Assembly: GCA_030295235.1 (NCBI GenBank) | Contig: AP026152.1 | Span: 558,001 to 622,000, forward strand | From: Fistulifera solaris | Taxonomy: Eukaryota | Direction of reading: 5' to 3' | Length of the DNA: 64,000 nt | In this document: positions 61,738-64,000 of the stretch, one piece after another | Position numbering within the stretch: position 1 is the first letter of the stretch | How the letters are laid out: every line of letters starts with the position of its first letter | Made by a program: the position numbers and the translations under genes | The notes under the pieces: model-generated | What the model was told of the DNA's origin: nothing | Seen by the model: the letters and a program-made list of their open reading frames with translations, nothing else | Database searches by the model: none

Positions 61738-64000
61738 TTAGTTTACTTGCGCAATACCCAACTGCGCAACGATAGCATCGTAACGCTGCTGGCTCGGCAT
61801 ACCATTCTCAAGAGATACTAGCGCAGGAGGTAGTCGACGAAAAGCATTCAAGAACGCCATGGCTGCCGAGCAATCTTCGCCTCCTACAGCACTATCCTCA
61901 TGAGTATGCATGATCTCTCCGTTGTTTCTCTTGCGAGGTCGGTATTCAAAGTTCTCCAACTCTTCGGCCTTACGCTTTGCATCCTCGATGACCACTGCTG
62001 GGACGTTCGCCATTTCGGCGACCTGGATACCAAAAGATTCCAAACAGGGACCGGGCTTCACCTGATACAAAAAAGTTAGCCCTTGTCGAGCTTTGTGGGC
62101 TGTCACGTGGCAGTTTTGAACAACGGCGTGGCTTTCCTCTAATGCTGTCAGCTCGTGGAAGTGAGTTGCAAAGACAGTGATACAACCAATTTTGTCAATC
62201 AGATATTCGGAGATCGCACGCGCCAAACCATAGCCGTCGAACGTACTGGTACCACGGCCCAACTCGTCGATGATAATCAGGCTTCGCTTCGAAGCAATAC
62301 GAAGGATGGAGGAAGCTTCGAGCATTTCCGCCATGAATGTGGAAATACCGCGTTCTTGCAAATCACCGGCTCCCACTCGAGCCAATATGTGATGGCAAAT
62401 ATTGATCTTTGCCGACGAACATGGAACAAATGAGCCAATCTGTGCCATAGTCACGATGGCGCCAAGAGCGCGAATATAAGTTGACTTTCCACCCACTTGA
62501 AGTCGCGAAGAATGTGTGAGATGGCTTCTGAATATTTAGAGAAACGGTTGTACTTACTGTTCGGCCCGGTCACGATTAGAAAGTTGGATTTGTCAAGCAC
62601 CAGATTGACATCGTTGGGAATAAATTCAACATTTTCCTGAAGTTCTACACAGGGATGTCGCGCCGCCTTTAGTTCAATACCACCACCCTCTTCAAGATCG
62701 GTCAACTGGGGTCGACAATATCCATGGGGACTGTAAGCTGCGACGTTGGCCAAAGCGCACAAAACATCGAGGAGTGCCGTAGCGTCACTCGCTTGCTGCA
62801 GAACTTGCTGATACGTAGCGGCTACTTGCAAAGCATCAGCAGCAATTTGCGTCTGGTGGCGATTGTATTCGGCCAGTAAGTCTTGCTGCTGAACGGCCAA
62901 TTCGCGGAGACGTTTGGTACTAAAATAGACACCATTTTTTAACAAGCGATGGATCTGCACCTGTGGTAGTTGTTGCTGTAGAATCTTGGAATCATTCGTA
63001 TTCGGTAGTCGAAACTGCCAGCTTTCGCTATCGGACTCGAGCCGTACTGCCCCAGTGTTACCCGTAATACTCGCCCACTTATCGTTCATGTCATCGTGAC
63101 AAGCTTGAAGATCATTTTGTACATTCTTCAGTTCACGAGCAATATCTTCAAGCTCAGGTTGGTAGGAAGCTTGCACCAAGAAGTCGCGCGGCGCTGCGTC
63201 CAGATCGAGAACAGCGGTGGCTAACTCGACCGACTTGGATAAAGCCGACACTGCCTCTTTCAAGGGAGTCACAACTTTGTCTTCCAACAAAGGAGGAAGC
63301 GTGTCAGGGCATTCATTCATAAGTTGTTCCAGCAAAAGAGGCAACTTTTGCGCACTAATTATGTAGAGTTCATACAACGTCTTGAGGGCATCTTTGGTAC
63401 GAAAGGATGCGGTTTCTTCATTGCCATGTCCGTATTCAGCCAATGCCGCCGCCAGTTTACCCAGATCTTGACCTTTGAGCAGTCGCAATCCTTCCGAGCG
63501 TACCGCCTCCAACGCCACCGAATGATGCACCCAGTATTCCACAGCATCTTGTCGGGCCATCAGTGCTTCTAAATTGACTAAAGGCTGCCTTAGCCACATT
63601 TCCAGTAGCCGCTTCGCCATCGGTGTCAAACAGGGCTGACTCAACAAACTGGCAATGGAATTGTTGTGCGCCAAGCCACCCGTGTGCGCCGCCGCTCCTT
63701 CCCCTACGGGAGGCCACAAATGGATGGCTTGAGCAGCGGTCCGATCCAAGTACAGATGCGATTCCAAAACACCCGCTTGCAAGGTCTCTAATTCCACGTT
63801 GGTTTCATCCCACCATCCGTGGGCCTGCAAGAAAAACACCAAACCCTTGGAAACCGCCGAATTCCCGCTGACTTCCGTATCTCCGGCGACTTGCAAATAC
63901 TGTTCTTCCGGCAACATATCTTTCAACACGGCGGGCAAGCGTTCCAGAGCGTTGGAAGACGCGGACCACGATGAATGATACTGAATAATGTTTTCCGCGA
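61738..64000 (-). CDS. MSH2: DNA mismatch repair protein MSH2 (5' end outside the window)
   Basis: [26 protein letters not shown] (intron 62496-62557), [36 protein letters not shown] and SFGIQVA. Confidence 0.93.

Overview
Gene-dense eukaryotic nuclear DNA, very likely from a diatom. Evidence: short GT-AG introns, several signal-peptide + 'A-F(A/V)P' bipartite plastid presequences, diatom-type cyclins, an SLC4 bicarbonate transporter, and a receptor cyclase-phosphodiesterase fusion. About 30 protein-coding genes or remnants are visible, including class I fumarase, SLC4, DoxX, a CLASP-like protein, MIC10, FHA-PP2C, two cyclins, Bud32, sphingolipid delta-4 desaturase, DnaJ, an OCRE/G-patch protein, DPM1, a MORN protein, GC-PDE and MSH2. 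Many conserved genes carry single-base frameshifts, often at homopolymers, which points to assembly indel error rather than mass pseudogenisation. Highlights: (1) a two-exon selenoprotein gene missed by the ORF track (CxxU motif with in-frame TGA, 99 aa, candidate SECIS downstream); (2) a ~10.6 kb tandem array of six copies or remnants of an uncharacterised family with degenerate ankyrin-like motifs, hypervariable Asp/Glu tails and, in two copies, a terminal KRKR; (3) four arrays of a related palindromic minisatellite, each a few hundred bp upstream of a minus-strand gene; (4) a CLASP TOG domain joined to a kinesin-13-like C-terminal coil; (5) a ~230 bp tandem repeat with a hammerhead-core-like motif. 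All family assignments are from motif recognition by eye, not database searches.
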